A DNA stretch of 57,903 nt from Phycisphaerales bacterium (GCA_027451365.1 DAIDJN010000051.1:1-57903); one strand, 5' to 3'; numbered from the stretch's first letter, positions 18,086 to 28,931 are shown. Translations and numbers: made by a program. The notes: generated from the letters alone by a model not told the origin.

Positions 18086-21076
18086 CTAATGCCGATGTCC
18101 TCCCGCCAAGATAGAGTCCTGCCGGAGGCCCACGGCCTCATGACTCTTGCGCAGAGATTGGCGAATCGTGCGGAATTCCAAGCCGCTATATGAGCTGTTG
18201 ACGCCATTCCATCGCAACCCCTTTTCAATCTGCCGCGACGTCATCAAGCCGCGTGATCGCTCCAGATATTCCCAGCGACGATAGAGGCCCAACTGGTAGT
18301 AGCACGTTTCTGCAGCTGGTCCGGCATCTGTGTAGGCAGCCGACGCGCGGTGCGCTGCCAATAAGCCCCGCAAGGTTGAGACGCAGACCAATTGGCCTTC
18401 GGGCGACCAGAGGAAGGGATTACTGCGATCAATTGCGGAGAGCAGCCGCGGCGACCTCGCCACGGCCCGGTCGGTGGCAGGGGTGGACCCGCCCTCGGAC
18501 AGATGGACCGAGGCCAATTTGGGTCCGCTCGCCGAAGCGACGAAACGCTGTTCACGAGGCTTGGATAGGTCGCGTTCCTCGTGCCGCCGCCCGGAATAGC
18601 CGGAATAATAAGGTGCGGGGAATTCCGCCAGCGCGTCCAGTGCGACACCGGAAACAAGGGCATTGATAGAATAGTTTCGGGAAAGGTGTATCGCCAATTT
18701 CATCGGCCCGCGGACGAGGAATCGTTTCCACACTCCATTATAAAAATCGGCAACGCGTACGCGGGCCACGCCGCTCGCCTTGGCGACCGACGCCAAGTTA
18801 TACCGTGACCCCTTGACGAAATGGAAGCTATCATTCTTCAGAATCGAAGATATAACAATATCTCGTTGGCGAGCCCTTGAGGTATGACCGTTAGGGCTGA
18901 CAATGTATAGTGAAAGCCGAAAAATGCCTTCTGGGATTCGGAATCCAAGGAATAAGTCCGGTCCTTGCCAAGTCACCGGGTATACCTCCCCGTGGTCGTC
19001 TACCTCGCTTTCGCGACGATCAGTTTTGATCTCTCCGATGGCAGCCTGTTGGAGGTAAATCTGTGGAAGTTCCATCGACCGGTTTTGTGTCGTGGCTAGC
19101 CATTGCATCCAGTATCGCGTCGCGTCGCTCTGTTGGTTATGAGGGCCAAGTATTTCGTGGTGGCTTAATTCACCGGACGATGGCGCCCATACATAATCTG
19201 ATCGTGCGAGACAGGCATACAGGCATGCCCAATACCTCCCGTACCGCCCCAGCCAGCTTCCCTGCGTGCGCCAGTCATCCGGCAGCGGAATTATCGTGGG
19301 TTCCGCTGCGGCTTGCTTTGCAGTTGGCTTTATTACCGCTTTTTCCAAATGCTGCAGCATTTGCGCCAATTGCATTTGTGTCGGCGGTTGTGCCGCTGCG
19401 GGGAATCGTGCGATTGCGGGTGTTTGCCTTACAGTTCGCGCCGTGTTTTTGCCGCCGGCCCAGCCCACGGTTGGCCTTCCGCCATATCTTCCCACCAGCA
19501 TCACCCGTGGCTGACTGCCCAGGCCTACGGAGTCCAGGCTGTCGAGTTGAACCGGCAGAAAGGCGTTGACGTAATCTCCGCCGTGCCGCCAGGCGCCGGG
19601 TTTAAGTTTGCTGGCGTACACCACACCGTGCCCTGGCTGGTAAATGGCATAGCCGTTCCGCCAGGTGCCAATCCAGATTCTGCCCTTTGGGTCTTGTGCC
19701 AGACAGGTGATATGATCACCGGGTAACAAAGTCTTCAGGCTTTCCGGGTCGGGAGCCTGCCAGTTTTTAGGCACGTGCCACAATTGTGCCACCTTGGCTG
19801 CGTAATCCTGCCCCCTGATATAATGCCAAGTTGAGCCGTCGTCATCACTGATGCCCAGACCCCAGTCCGTGGCTGCATAAATATGTTGGTCCGGCGTTAC
19901 CAGAATTGCGTTGATTAAATTGGATGGCAGCCCGGTGCCTGTTGGCGTGGCAGTGACATGCTTTGCGCCTTTTATGATGCGCCAATGCTGATAGCCATCC
20001 ATCGGACGGGCCATGGCAATGCCGTTGCATTGTGTGCCAGCAAACAGGTTGCCGGTGGAATCAAGTGCCATACAGTCCACCGGGCTGGAAGGCAGGCCGT
20101 TGGCTTGCGTCACGTACCGCCAGCGGCCAAACAGCATCGCCTTGCCGGTTGCCGCCTGCATCAATTGTTGCTGGGGCTGTAAGGAACCAGCGGCAATGGC
20201 ATGATGAATGCCGGCCCCACGCGGGTAATAAACGGATAGGCCCGCTTCCGTTGAAATACAGAGGCTTTTATCCACTGGATTTTCCGCCATGGCAAAAACA
20301 TGGCAGCCAATGGGACCATTAAAGGTCATATTGCCCTCATGGGGCAGGTTGGGGTTTATGGCCCGGGCAGGGCGGGCAATTTCATCGTAATGCCGCCATT
20401 GCCAGCCATGGCGGCCCAGCATTCCCACCACCACGCCTTTGCGAAGGGTTCCAACCCATAACCTGTTGTTGGAATCAAAGCAGACGGCATAGTTATTCCA
20501 ACTGGGAAATCCAGTCCCCTGCTTGCTGGGATGAAACGTCACCCACCGGTGCGGCGGTGAAGCCGCGGGCCGAAACATAACCAGCCCCTGCCCCTCGGTG
20601 GCCAGGGCGACAGTCTGCCCGCCGGGTGAAGCCGCCATGGACATGACGAACCGTGCCGGAAATGAAAGCCGCCGATTCAGCAGGCCGCTTAAATGTGATG
20701 AAGCAACCGGTGGCGGATGAAAAATGCTGTAACCGTGGGTGGTGTGGGCATATTGCCGGGCAGAGGAATTGCCCGCAGCCGTCACCGTTACCCGCCCCGT
20801 CGCATGGCCTGCGGCCAGGGCGCGGCCTTTCGCCGATGTCGTATTCGGAATATCATATATTCGCTTTGGGACACCAAATGGCACACCGGATGAGAAATTT
20901 GATGGAGCACCGTTTGAAATACCATGTCGCCCGGCGGAAACGGGCACCCGACGCATGGTCACATGCGGGGCGGACAGTCTCCACATGCCAAATGCCAGAA
21001 GCGCCGCCCCGGCCAAACCCACAGCCAGGCCACTGGCTATTGCGATATCCGCAGTTCCAAATGTCTGCCTTCCCAT
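18086..21076 (-). CDS. Large membrane-anchored protein with ligand-binding-type beta-propeller repeats and an unknown C-terminal domain
   Basis: N-terminal TM; repeats FDSNNRLWVGT, LDSTGNLFAGT, GLPSNLINAI, AQDPKGRIWIGT; C-terminal region begins DDWRTQGSWLGRYG. Confidence 0.8.
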   Translation of the reverse strand: MGRQTFGTADIAIASGLAVGLAGAALLAFGMWRLSAPHVTMRRVPVSAGRHGISNGAPSNFSSGVPFGVPKRIYDIPNTTSAKGRALAAGHATGRVTVTAAGNSSARQYAHTTHGYSIFHPPPVASSHLSGLLNRRLSFPARFVMSMAASPGGQTVALATEGQGLVMFRPAASPPHRWVTFHPSKQGTGFPSWNNYAVCFDSNNRLWVGTLRKGVVVGMLGRHGWQWRHYDEIARPARAINPNLPHEGNMTFNGPIGCHVFAMAENPVDKSLCISTEAGLSVYYPRGAGIHHAIAAGSLQPQQQLMQAATGKAMLFGRWRYVTQANGLPSSPVDCMALDSTGNLFAGTQCNGIAMARPMDGYQHWRIIKGAKHVTATPTGTGLPSNLINAILVTPDQHIYAATDWGLGISDDDGSTWHYIRGQDYAAKVAQLWHVPKNWQAPDPESLKTLLPGDHITCLAQDPKGRIWIGTWRNGYAIYQPGHGVVYASKLKPGAWRHGGDYVNAFLPVQLDSLDSVGLGSQPRVMLVGRYGGRPTVGWAGGKNTARTVRQTPAIARFPAAAQPPTQMQLAQMLQHLEKAVIKPTAKQAAAEPTIIPLPDDWRTQGSWLGRYGRYWACLYACLARSDYVWAPSSGELSHHEILGPHNQQSDATRYWMQWLATTQNRSMELPQIYLQQAAIGEIKTDRRESEVDDHGEVYPVTWQGPDLFLGFRIPEGIFRLSLYIVSPNGHTSRARQRDIVISSILKNDSFHFVKGSRYNLASVAKASGVARVRVADFYNGVWKRFLVRGPMKLAIHLSRNYSINALVSGVALDALAEFPAPYYSGYSGRRHEERDLSKPREQRFVASASGPKLASVHLSEGGSTPATDRAVARSPRLLSAIDRSNPFLWSPEGQLVCVSTLRGLLAAHRASAAYTDAGPAAETCYYQLGLYRRWEYLERSRGLMTSRQIEKGLRWNGVNSSYSGLEFRTIRQSLRKSHEAVGLRQDSILAGGHRH

Positions 21077-21554
21077 GGCCACAACCCCGCGAAAACAAAT
21101 GCCCCAGGACGAATATCAGAGTGGATACCAGAACAGGTTCCGGAACATATCCCTGTTCAGGTTCCAGTACCAACCCCAGTGTAAATCACACAGAATGCTT
21201 GCCGCATCTTGATAAGCCAACGATACCCCCCCCGAAACCTTTGTCAAGGAAAATTCTATGGTACTTTTGTAACCAGTTGAAAGCACATCAGGAAATCCTG
21301 ATATATCGATCTTTCCCGATGAATACGCCACAAACATCCGCGGCCGCACGCAGCACCGCAGGCCAAAACCACTTGTTTTTATACTTTTGTAATATAGATG
21401 TTGATGAATATGACTGCGATCACCCCTGAAAGCAGTGGGCGCCAAAAAGCCGACGGCCAACCGCACAATTGCCTTTTTGGGCCTCATGCCGTTGTGTCAA
21501 CGTGGCAAAAGTATCGCTCTGAATTGCCGGTCAATGCGCTGTGCAGCGTCGCAG

Positions 21555-22562
21555 TTAAGACTTGGCTAATGGCTGTTGCTGTCCGGCTGGAGTTGTATCG
21601 GATTCCATATCCAATCCCATATCCAGGGCCTGCCGGTAGTGTGTCCGCAGGGCCGCGTAGAATCCGGTAATGGCACCCGGCAGTCCGGCACCGACATAAA
21701 AAATAGGGGCCGCACGGCCCCAGAATATGGCCGCGCCCCCGGTCGAAAATTCGGGAACCTGCCCCGGCAGCGACACAGCCCCATGCCCCGCCAGCAGATA
21801 CCCGAAAGCCGCGGTCAGTGGTACTGAAAGCCAGATGATCAGCACCGATGATCTGGGCAGAAACATTCCAACCACCAGCCCGCTGATAAAAAAGGAAAAA
21901 AAGCAGGCGAAAATCACCTGTCCCGGATTCCCTGACTTCATAAGGATCGCCAGCACAAGGCTGGCAATTATCATGCCCGCCAGCAGGCCGGTAAGTTGAT
22001 CGAGCGCCGCCTGCAACCGCGCCTTAGGAGAATTATCCCGCACCGGTGGCACCACTGTGGCATAAAACGGATAGGCCAGGGGAACGTCACTTTTGGTCCA
22101 GGGCGCCGGCCAAGGCAGCCCCAGGGCCAGTGGCCACTTCCGCGGCGAATACCGGTACAGACCGTAGCCAATACCTTCCGCCAGCGCTATAAAAATAATC
22201 CAGAAAAAACATTGCATGCCAAGGTCCGCATATACCGCGGACAAATTGGTATACCGATGAACCAGAAGCAGAGTGATTCCGCCCCAATGAACAGCCAGCG
22301 CCAGCAGGCCCACGCAGGCGCAAAAAAGCCCGGTGTGCGGCGCATCAGGCCAGGTGATAAGAGTGCTTACAGCCACGGCTATCACCACCGCAACCAGCGT
22401 CGCCCCTTCGGCCGCCAGTGAAACTGCGGGGCCCACAGCCAGCGCCTGCGTCCCATCCACTTGCGGGCCGGGAATAAGCCAGTGACCGACATACAGGAAT
22501 AATACCGCGCAAAACCCCATGGCGATCAGCAGTCTTGCCTGACGAATAAATCCCGCCAGCAT
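21555..22562 (-). CDS. Multi-pass membrane protein of unknown function
   Basis: About 8 hydrophobic segments; lies downstream of the PQQ-propeller gene on the same strand. Confidence 0.75.
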   Translation of the reverse strand: MLAGFIRQARLLIAMGFCAVLFLYVGHWLIPGPQVDGTQALAVGPAVSLAAEGATLVAVVIAVAVSTLITWPDAPHTGLFCACVGLLALAVHWGGITLLLVHRYTNLSAVYADLGMQCFFWIIFIALAEGIGYGLYRYSPRKWPLALGLPWPAPWTKSDVPLAYPFYATVVPPVRDNSPKARLQAALDQLTGLLAGMIIASLVLAILMKSGNPGQVIFACFFSFFISGLVVGMFLPRSSVLIIWLSVPLTAAFGYLLAGHGAVSLPGQVPEFSTGGAAIFWGRAAPIFYVGAGLPGAITGFYAALRTHYRQALDMGLDMESDTTPAGQQQPLAKS

Positions 22563-22682
22563 GAAGTTGCCGGTCAGGTGGGAATCATTTACCGCCGGGG
22601 TAGACGTTGCAGAATCTGCGCACATGCCGGAAAACTCCAAACCAAAAGAGCGCCCCGGCCCAACAATGGCCGCCGTGGCGTA

Positions 22683-25600
22683 TTAACGGGTCTTATGATA
22701 CAGGAATACGTCTGAATCAACCTCAAACACAATTCCGTTGTCCACAATTTCCCAGTTGGCGATATTCGGTCCGTTGGGATCATTGGCGGAACGGACCAGC
22801 CGTTTGGAAAGCACCAGAGACCCATTATCCAGCCTTCCGTGGCTGTCGGCCTGATTCACCAGGAACAACACAGTGGCGGCGGGCGAATCGCCCAGCGGGC
22901 CGTGCGCCAGTACCGCAATATCCGGATTTCCGATATGGGCATTGACGAGCGGCGGTGTGCGCTGAGCAATAAATTCCGCTTTCCACAGCACGTGGCCATG
23001 ACGCACAGATAGTGCCAGGAGACTCGCGGGCGTCATCAGGACCAGTGTGCCGCGGTTAATGGCGGTACCCAAAAACGGCAGGTTCGCGGTAGATCCGGGC
23101 AGACTTGCCCGCCGCCACAAGCGCACACCCGTGGCCCGGTCAATGGCTTCAATGCCATGCAGAGTCGGCAGCACTATCCCGCGAGTGGTCAGCAATGTGG
23201 ACATGGGAAATGGATCGCCCAGTTTGTGCAGTTCCCAGACCCGGGCGCTTAAGTCTCCCTGCGGGTTGCAGGCCATGGCGGCTTTAATGCCCGAAAGGTA
23301 AAGCGTTCCGGCCGGCCCGACACCCATCCACAAAAGATAATCATGGTTGGGAAATCGCATCAGTCCCGCCGCCGCACCACTTGCATAATCCAGCAGTTTT
23401 ACCGTGTTAATCGGCGTATTAAACGCCAGTGCGACCTGGTCGCCGATGCGATTGCAATTAATGAGTTCGCCGATGCCGCCGGCCGCGGCCGGTGCCTTCC
23501 ACAAAGGCCGTCCGGTGCTGATCGAAAAAAGCATCAGTGTATTGGCCTGTTCAAGCAGCAATCCGCCCCGCATCATTTTGACAAATTGAAATGAATGCGG
23601 CCCAAGGTCCCGCTCATAGGCGAGCAACAGCCGCCGCGCCAAGTTTCTTTGCATGGCAAACGAAGCCATAGGATTACCGCCGAAACCGTTGGCGATCATC
23701 ACCTGTCCGTTAAACAGCATTCCGTTGTTTACGATCATGATCTGACGGGCTGCGAACGCGCCCGGTGGTGGCATATTCGGCCGGACCAAGGGAATTGCGG
23801 TCCGGCGACTCCAGACTGTTTTTCCCGTTTTGCATGATACCGCCAGAATGCGGTTCGGCGTCAGAAGTACAGCTAGATGGTTTTGAAAACCCAGCAGCGC
23901 GATGCGCTGTTCCTGGGGCAGCCGCAGCGTCCACAGGCGATCTCCGGTGGCGCTGCGGCAGGCCCGCAGGCGAACGCCGGAACTGTTGATATGCGCCACC
24001 AAAAACAAATCAAAACGGTTCCATGCCGGATTCCGCTGTAACGGAATCAGAAGCGATCCGCGAATAGGGTCGGCCACCGCAAAACCGGCCTTTGCTCCAT
24101 AATTAAGCTTCGCCCGGTGGAACAACGCCCCGGCCGGCGCTGCAGAGGATAGTTGCCGCACAATGCCGGCAAAATTGGTCGCCATGACCGAAGTCATTGG
24201 ACCGGCCACCGGCACCGGGTAGCTCATAAGGCCATAATTGGCCAGCGAAAGTGCCGCATTCCAGTGGCCCAGGGCTGCGGTATTTCGGGCCATTGCACCC
24301 AGCCACCAAGCCTTCTGCTGAGGTGTGGACAAACCGCTGCGCATCGCCAGAAGCACACGTCCTGCGCTGGCAAACTTTTTTTCAGCCCGCAGTCGCCCCG
24401 CCAGCAGAATCGCCGCGTTCGTGCTGGCCACACTGTTGGGATACCGATGAATAATCTTGAACAGGCCAGCAGTTCCCGTTCCACTTTGCGCCTGTGCAAG
24501 CAGGGCTAGCGCAGCCTGATCAAATGCGGCATACACGGGTCGGCCGAACGGCCGGATAATATCCCGATCGATGGCCATGCGAGCCACTGCGCCGGCCAGC
24601 ATGGTGTTGTTGCCGACACGCAGCGGCGATTTTCTAAGGTCCGGATCCGACAGAATATTTGTCAACAGATGAAGCGCAGTTTGGATTTTGCGTACTTGTA
24701 TGTCATAACGAGCCAGATCGTATCGCCACAATGCCTGCTGACGCGGTGACCGGGCCGAGAGCCGGGCCTGATTGAAAAAAAACGCCGCATCCGCGCCCGC
24801 CGCTCCAGTCCACTTCCGCGCGTTGCGGCCGAACTTGATACTGACGGCGAAAATGCGCGATGACATGGCCGATGCCGCCGTGGCCGGCCCAAGCGCGGTT
24901 ACCGCGTCAGCCAGCGAATGACGAGCAATCGACATGTGCCCTGTGCGATAAGCCACTTCCGCCAGGGTTAATCTGGGAAGCGGATTTCCAGGCTCGGCGG
25001 CAATTCGCCGAACCAGATACCGCTGGGCATCGGTCCAGCGGGAATAATCCATTACAATCTGGTCGTTGGCCACAATCACCTGGTGCCGGGTTACCAGCAA
25101 ATTGCCCGGTTCCCCCGGTCGGCCGCCGCCAGCCATCGGCCATTTCACAAAATCGCGGGTTTTTCCTGTTCGCGTGCTGATTCTCAGCAATCCCTTATCC
25201 AGAGGCAGATACACCACCCGCCGGGTCAGGAAAGGTCTGGCCCGAAGTTCACCATACTGGCTTAGCGGTTGGCTCTTCCATATCACTTTGCCGGACGTAA
25301 TATTCACGGAATCCACGCGGCGCCCCACGGTAAACAAATTTCCACGGCTGACACCCAGCGTCAAAAAGGCTCCGGAAAGCCGGGAGGGCCGCCACCGCCG
25401 CGATATCCGGCCCGTCCAGCGGTTAAATGCATAAATTCTTACACCGGTGCTCGGCGGTTCGCCATTGTTGTTATCCACGACAATCAGATTGTTGCGGTAA
25501 ACAATCGGGGGATTGATTTTCCACGGTAGTTGGCGGGGCACGGAACCCCAGCCGACATTTGCCTGGGCCGTATGCGCCAGTGACGTGAGTGTGAGCCAGG

Positions 25601-27320
25601 CAATTCTGCCGCTGGCGGCGTGCACCGCCAGCGCCGCGCCATTTCCCGTGGCGATATACACCATACCATCAGCCATGGCGGGGATAATATCCAGCGGGCT
25701 GCTGCTGTAAGTTGCGCCGGTTACCGTGCACAAATAACGGCTGTGTCGCACGAATCCCGTTGCCGCAACAATGCGAACAAGGAATAATTTTGTTTGGCCG
25801 GCACCGGCCTGCATGGATGACACAATCACGTAAACGCTGCGCGACGTGACCATAGGTGAACAGACTGCCTCGGCCACGGAACTGCCGCCCAGCAATGTCG
25901 CCACCGGGAGGCTCCAATTCGGACGGCCGGTTTGCGCATTCAGGCAAACCAGCCGCGTTGCCGCAGCCTGACCATAGGGGGAATAATAGAACGGTGTGGG
26001 GGTGACGCTGTTATTGGTGATAATCGCGTAAAGATTGCGACCCTGAACCGCCACCGAAAAATGATCAAGACTGTCCAGCAACGTATTGAGATTGCCGCTC
26101 GCCCGCGCAGCGGGCAGATGACCGCGCGGATAACGCCATTGCGCATAGCCGGATGCAATGCTCATGGCCCGCACACGTCCCATGGTATTCAGATACAGCG
26201 TTGAGCCATTGCGCGTGGGAAATGAAAACATGATTCCCGCCGGGCTTCGCATCCGATGGTTCATCCGCAGACCGAAAAGCGCCAGCCGCTGCTGCAGCGA
26301 ATTCCGCCAGGCGACATTCACCGGCCCTCCAGACGGGGCGACAAAATTCAGCGAACTGATCGGAGCCTGCCACATGACCGCGCTGGGCGCGGTATCAAAA
26401 TCCGGAATTTTATTCCGGCGGTAGTTGCCTTGAAATGTCATCCAACGTCGCGTTCGCCCGCGAACTTCGCCTGCCCGCAATCCGGTGGGGACAAGCGCTG
26501 CAGCCAGATGTTTCACCAGATTCACCGGCGCTCCATTCACCAAGCCCAGCGCCTGGGGATATTTCTGTTTAAGTTCCCCTTCCAGTCGCTGAGCCAGAGC
26601 GTCCTGCCCGGCCAGCCACGCCGCCAGCGCGGCATGATCCAGCAGTTCCGGGCGCTGGGTCCGCATCGCCGGATGGTGCATCAGACTCAGCCATATTCGG
26701 GCCGCGGCGGCAAATGAGCCGCGCTCAAACAGCCGCGACGCCGCAAGCCGCAAAGCGGCCGCCGCCGCGGTGGCCGGAAAAAAGCTTCGGCCAACAGACA
26801 TGAGGCTGTGAATCGACCCGAATTTTTCAGCACGCGCCACGGCGTCCTTGGCCTGCAGTCCATAAAGCTGATCGTACATTCCCTGGCGCACCGCCGGCAG
26901 CCGCACCACCAGATGCCAGATATATGCCTCCACGGATTCGTAGGAATCAGGGCCGGTGGCAATAACCTTACGGCCAAACTGCTGGACAATTTTCTGATAT
27001 TGACGGACGGCCTTGGCGACGTGGCCGCTTTTTACCAGATGATTGGCGGTACGCAGCATATCACGAGCGCCAAACGAATCATCGACCTGAATACGGGAAA
27101 AGGTGGCAGTCTGGCCGGCCTTCGTCGCGCCGGTTGCGGCCGGGGGCGGGACGGCGATCATCGGCCCGCGCATAATCCGCAACTGTTGCGCTTGAACACC
27201 CACGGCGATCGCAATCGCCAATGCCGCGCCGAACCCGGCTCGCGCGATAGGCTGGCATTTCCACGGGTTGCGGTGCCCCGCCGACATTTGACTGCGTTTG
27301 AATTTCATGAATGGTTCCAT
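22683..27320 (-). CDS. Large secreted TPR plus PQQ-like (BamB-type) beta-propeller protein
   Basis: Signal peptide; helical TPR-like segments; repeated LVCLNAQTGRPNW / AVHAASGRIAW / AVSCKTGKTVW / AIDRATGVRLW Trp-docking motifs. Confidence 0.85.
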   Translation of the reverse strand: MEPFMKFKRSQMSAGHRNPWKCQPIARAGFGAALAIAIAVGVQAQQLRIMRGPMIAVPPPAATGATKAGQTATFSRIQVDDSFGARDMLRTANHLVKSGHVAKAVRQYQKIVQQFGRKVIATGPDSYESVEAYIWHLVVRLPAVRQGMYDQLYGLQAKDAVARAEKFGSIHSLMSVGRSFFPATAAAAALRLAASRLFERGSFAAAARIWLSLMHHPAMRTQRPELLDHAALAAWLAGQDALAQRLEGELKQKYPQALGLVNGAPVNLVKHLAAALVPTGLRAGEVRGRTRRWMTFQGNYRRNKIPDFDTAPSAVMWQAPISSLNFVAPSGGPVNVAWRNSLQQRLALFGLRMNHRMRSPAGIMFSFPTRNGSTLYLNTMGRVRAMSIASGYAQWRYPRGHLPAARASGNLNTLLDSLDHFSVAVQGRNLYAIITNNSVTPTPFYYSPYGQAAATRLVCLNAQTGRPNWSLPVATLLGGSSVAEAVCSPMVTSRSVYVIVSSMQAGAGQTKLFLVRIVAATGFVRHSRYLCTVTGATYSSSPLDIIPAMADGMVYIATGNGAALAVHAASGRIAWLTLTSLAHTAQANVGWGSVPRQLPWKINPPIVYRNNLIVVDNNNGEPPSTGVRIYAFNRWTGRISRRWRPSRLSGAFLTLGVSRGNLFTVGRRVDSVNITSGKVIWKSQPLSQYGELRARPFLTRRVVYLPLDKGLLRISTRTGKTRDFVKWPMAGGGRPGEPGNLLVTRHQVIVANDQIVMDYSRWTDAQRYLVRRIAAEPGNPLPRLTLAEVAYRTGHMSIARHSLADAVTALGPATAASAMSSRIFAVSIKFGRNARKWTGAAGADAAFFFNQARLSARSPRQQALWRYDLARYDIQVRKIQTALHLLTNILSDPDLRKSPLRVGNNTMLAGAVARMAIDRDIIRPFGRPVYAAFDQAALALLAQAQSGTGTAGLFKIIHRYPNSVASTNAAILLAGRLRAEKKFASAGRVLLAMRSGLSTPQQKAWWLGAMARNTAALGHWNAALSLANYGLMSYPVPVAGPMTSVMATNFAGIVRQLSSAAPAGALFHRAKLNYGAKAGFAVADPIRGSLLIPLQRNPAWNRFDLFLVAHINSSGVRLRACRSATGDRLWTLRLPQEQRIALLGFQNHLAVLLTPNRILAVSCKTGKTVWSRRTAIPLVRPNMPPPGAFAARQIMIVNNGMLFNGQVMIANGFGGNPMASFAMQRNLARRLLLAYERDLGPHSFQFVKMMRGGLLLEQANTLMLFSISTGRPLWKAPAAAGGIGELINCNRIGDQVALAFNTPINTVKLLDYASGAAAGLMRFPNHDYLLWMGVGPAGTLYLSGIKAAMACNPQGDLSARVWELHKLGDPFPMSTLLTTRGIVLPTLHGIEAIDRATGVRLWRRASLPGSTANLPFLGTAINRGTLVLMTPASLLALSVRHGHVLWKAEFIAQRTPPLVNAHIGNPDIAVLAHGPLGDSPAATVLFLVNQADSHGRLDNGSLVLSKRLVRSANDPNGPNIANWEIVDNGIVFEVDSDVFLYHKTR

Positions 27321-27350
27321 ACCATAAAATCCTGCTGGGGTGGGGGTGCG

Positions 27351-28256
27351 TTATTTCTGGAAATATCGCCCCCATAATGGCGCAAGCTCAAGGCGGTCCT
27401 TGGCTGGTATCCGGGATTTATCCGACCATATCCCCAGCGCCAGCGCCCGCTGGGAAGCGAATTCGCGATCACGCGTCGCCCAGATTGCGGGAATCGCGGC
27501 CCGCATAAGTTCCAACGCATTTTCTGACGCAACTTGCAGATGCGACATAATTTCCTTTAACAGTTCCCCCAAAGGCATGCCCCGCGGGTGCGGCTTCCAG
27601 CAGTCAAAATCTGTGACCAGTGCGATGGAGGCGTAAGCAATTTCCGCTTCGCGGGCGAGTTTCGCCTCCGGCATCAGGGTCATGCCGATCAGGTCTCCAC
27701 CCCAGCTTTTATGCAGCAGAGATTCGGCCCGCGTGGAAAACGCCGGGCCTTCCATGCACACGTACGTTCCCTGTGGATGAATCTCCATCCGCTCCGCTAA
27801 ATCTGCCCCTGCCGCAAGCACAATCGCGTGAAGTTCCGGGCAAATCGGATCCGCAAAATCCACATGGACCGCCGCATGTTCGTAAAAGGTTCGAGCGCGG
27901 TGAACGGTGCGATCTATGGCCTGATCCACAAGGACCAGGTCACGTGGGGCAATCGCCTCGTCCAGGCTGCCCACCGCGCCACTGGCCAAAATCCAGCGGC
28001 AACCGGCCAGTTTCAAAGCGAATATGTTTGCCCGATAAGGCACCTGCGTCGGGTTCAGGCAATGGCCCGGACCATGCCGCGAAAGAATTGCCACGGGAAC
28101 GCCCTGCCATTCCGCCAGAATGACCGGGGCACTTGGCGGACCGAACGGCGTTTGTATTTCCACCGCCTGCCCATCCCCGGTCGCCAGCAACTGATCTCCC
28201 AGCCCTGACCCTCCAATAATGCCGATTCTTGCCGTCACCGCGTACCCCGGATTCAT
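27351..28256 (-). CDS. mtnP: S-methyl-5'-thioadenosine phosphorylase
   Basis: IGIIGGSG, LSRHG, YRANIFAL, AVGSL, CMEGPAFSTRAES, GMT, LVTDFDCW. Confidence 0.93.
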   Translation of the reverse strand: MNPGYAVTARIGIIGGSGLGDQLLATGDGQAVEIQTPFGPPSAPVILAEWQGVPVAILSRHGPGHCLNPTQVPYRANIFALKLAGCRWILASGAVGSLDEAIAPRDLVLVDQAIDRTVHRARTFYEHAAVHVDFADPICPELHAIVLAAGADLAERMEIHPQGTYVCMEGPAFSTRAESLLHKSWGGDLIGMTLMPEAKLAREAEIAYASIALVTDFDCWKPHPRGMPLGELLKEIMSHLQVASENALELMRAAIPAIWATRDREFASQRALALGIWSDKSRIPAKDRLELAPLWGRYFQK

Positions 28257-28493
28257 GTTGCTGGTTCCATGCCCCCCGCCGCGCGGCCAAGTGCATGAGA
28301 CTTCTGATTATGATACGCCCCACTCGGCAAAGAGCAATCACGCGGCCGCCAAAACGCAATCAGAGCATCGGGCATAACCGTTGCAGCACTGGCGGATTGA
28401 TAATGGGGCCTGTCGCCTGAAAAGCATTCAGCGGCCGGTACGACGGACAATCTTGGGGATAATCGCGCGGCAGCTTACCGCTGGTCCAGCAGG

Positions 28494-28931
28494 TTACAAT
28501 GTGTCTTCCGCTGGTGCATAGAGCCGCGGATGCGGTGCCATGCGGTCCTGCACACAGCGGCCGCACATATAAAAACCATGCTGCGCCGGGTAATCGATGC
28601 TGTCGGTGTCATCGCCTTCAATCCATTTGCGGCAAAAGACTTCGCTGGCCCCGCACAGGGCGCAGGTGGTCGGATTGCCACCATCCTTATGCAGCAGCAG
28701 ATCACTTAAACGTGGATACTTCTTACGCATGCCGCGTCCCTGGGCTTTGCCCACACTGTGATCCAGCCGATGATTCTTCAGCCAGTTGGCAATGGATTCG
28801 ACTTCCGACGGGGAACAGAATCGCGACCAGTCGCGACGGTCCGGATCGCGAAAAAAGCCCATATCCTCCAGCCGCTCCTGAATGACCGGGTCGGGGAACG
28901 AATGCAGTACTATGACAAGTCGCTCTGACAT
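28494..28931 (-). CDS. Hypothetical protein with C-terminal CxxC...CxxC (probable zinc ribbon)
   Basis: CALC and CGRC pairs; co-oriented between coaX and mtnP. Confidence 0.7.
   Translation of the reverse strand: MSERLVIVLHSFPDPVIQERLEDMGFFRDPDRRDWSRFCSPSEVESIANWLKNHRLDHSVGKAQGRGMRKKYPRLSDLLLHKDGGNPTTCALCGASEVFCRKWIEGDDTDSIDYPAQHGFYMCGRCVQDRMAPHPRLYAPAEDTL

Noticed and set aside
20853..21173. Minus-strand reading YVPEPVLVSTLIFVLGHLFSRG resembling a PEP-CTERM tail
   Set aside because: A stop lies just upstream, there is no basic tail or stop after the hydrophobic stretch, and it overlaps the start of the 996-aa gene; likely chance.
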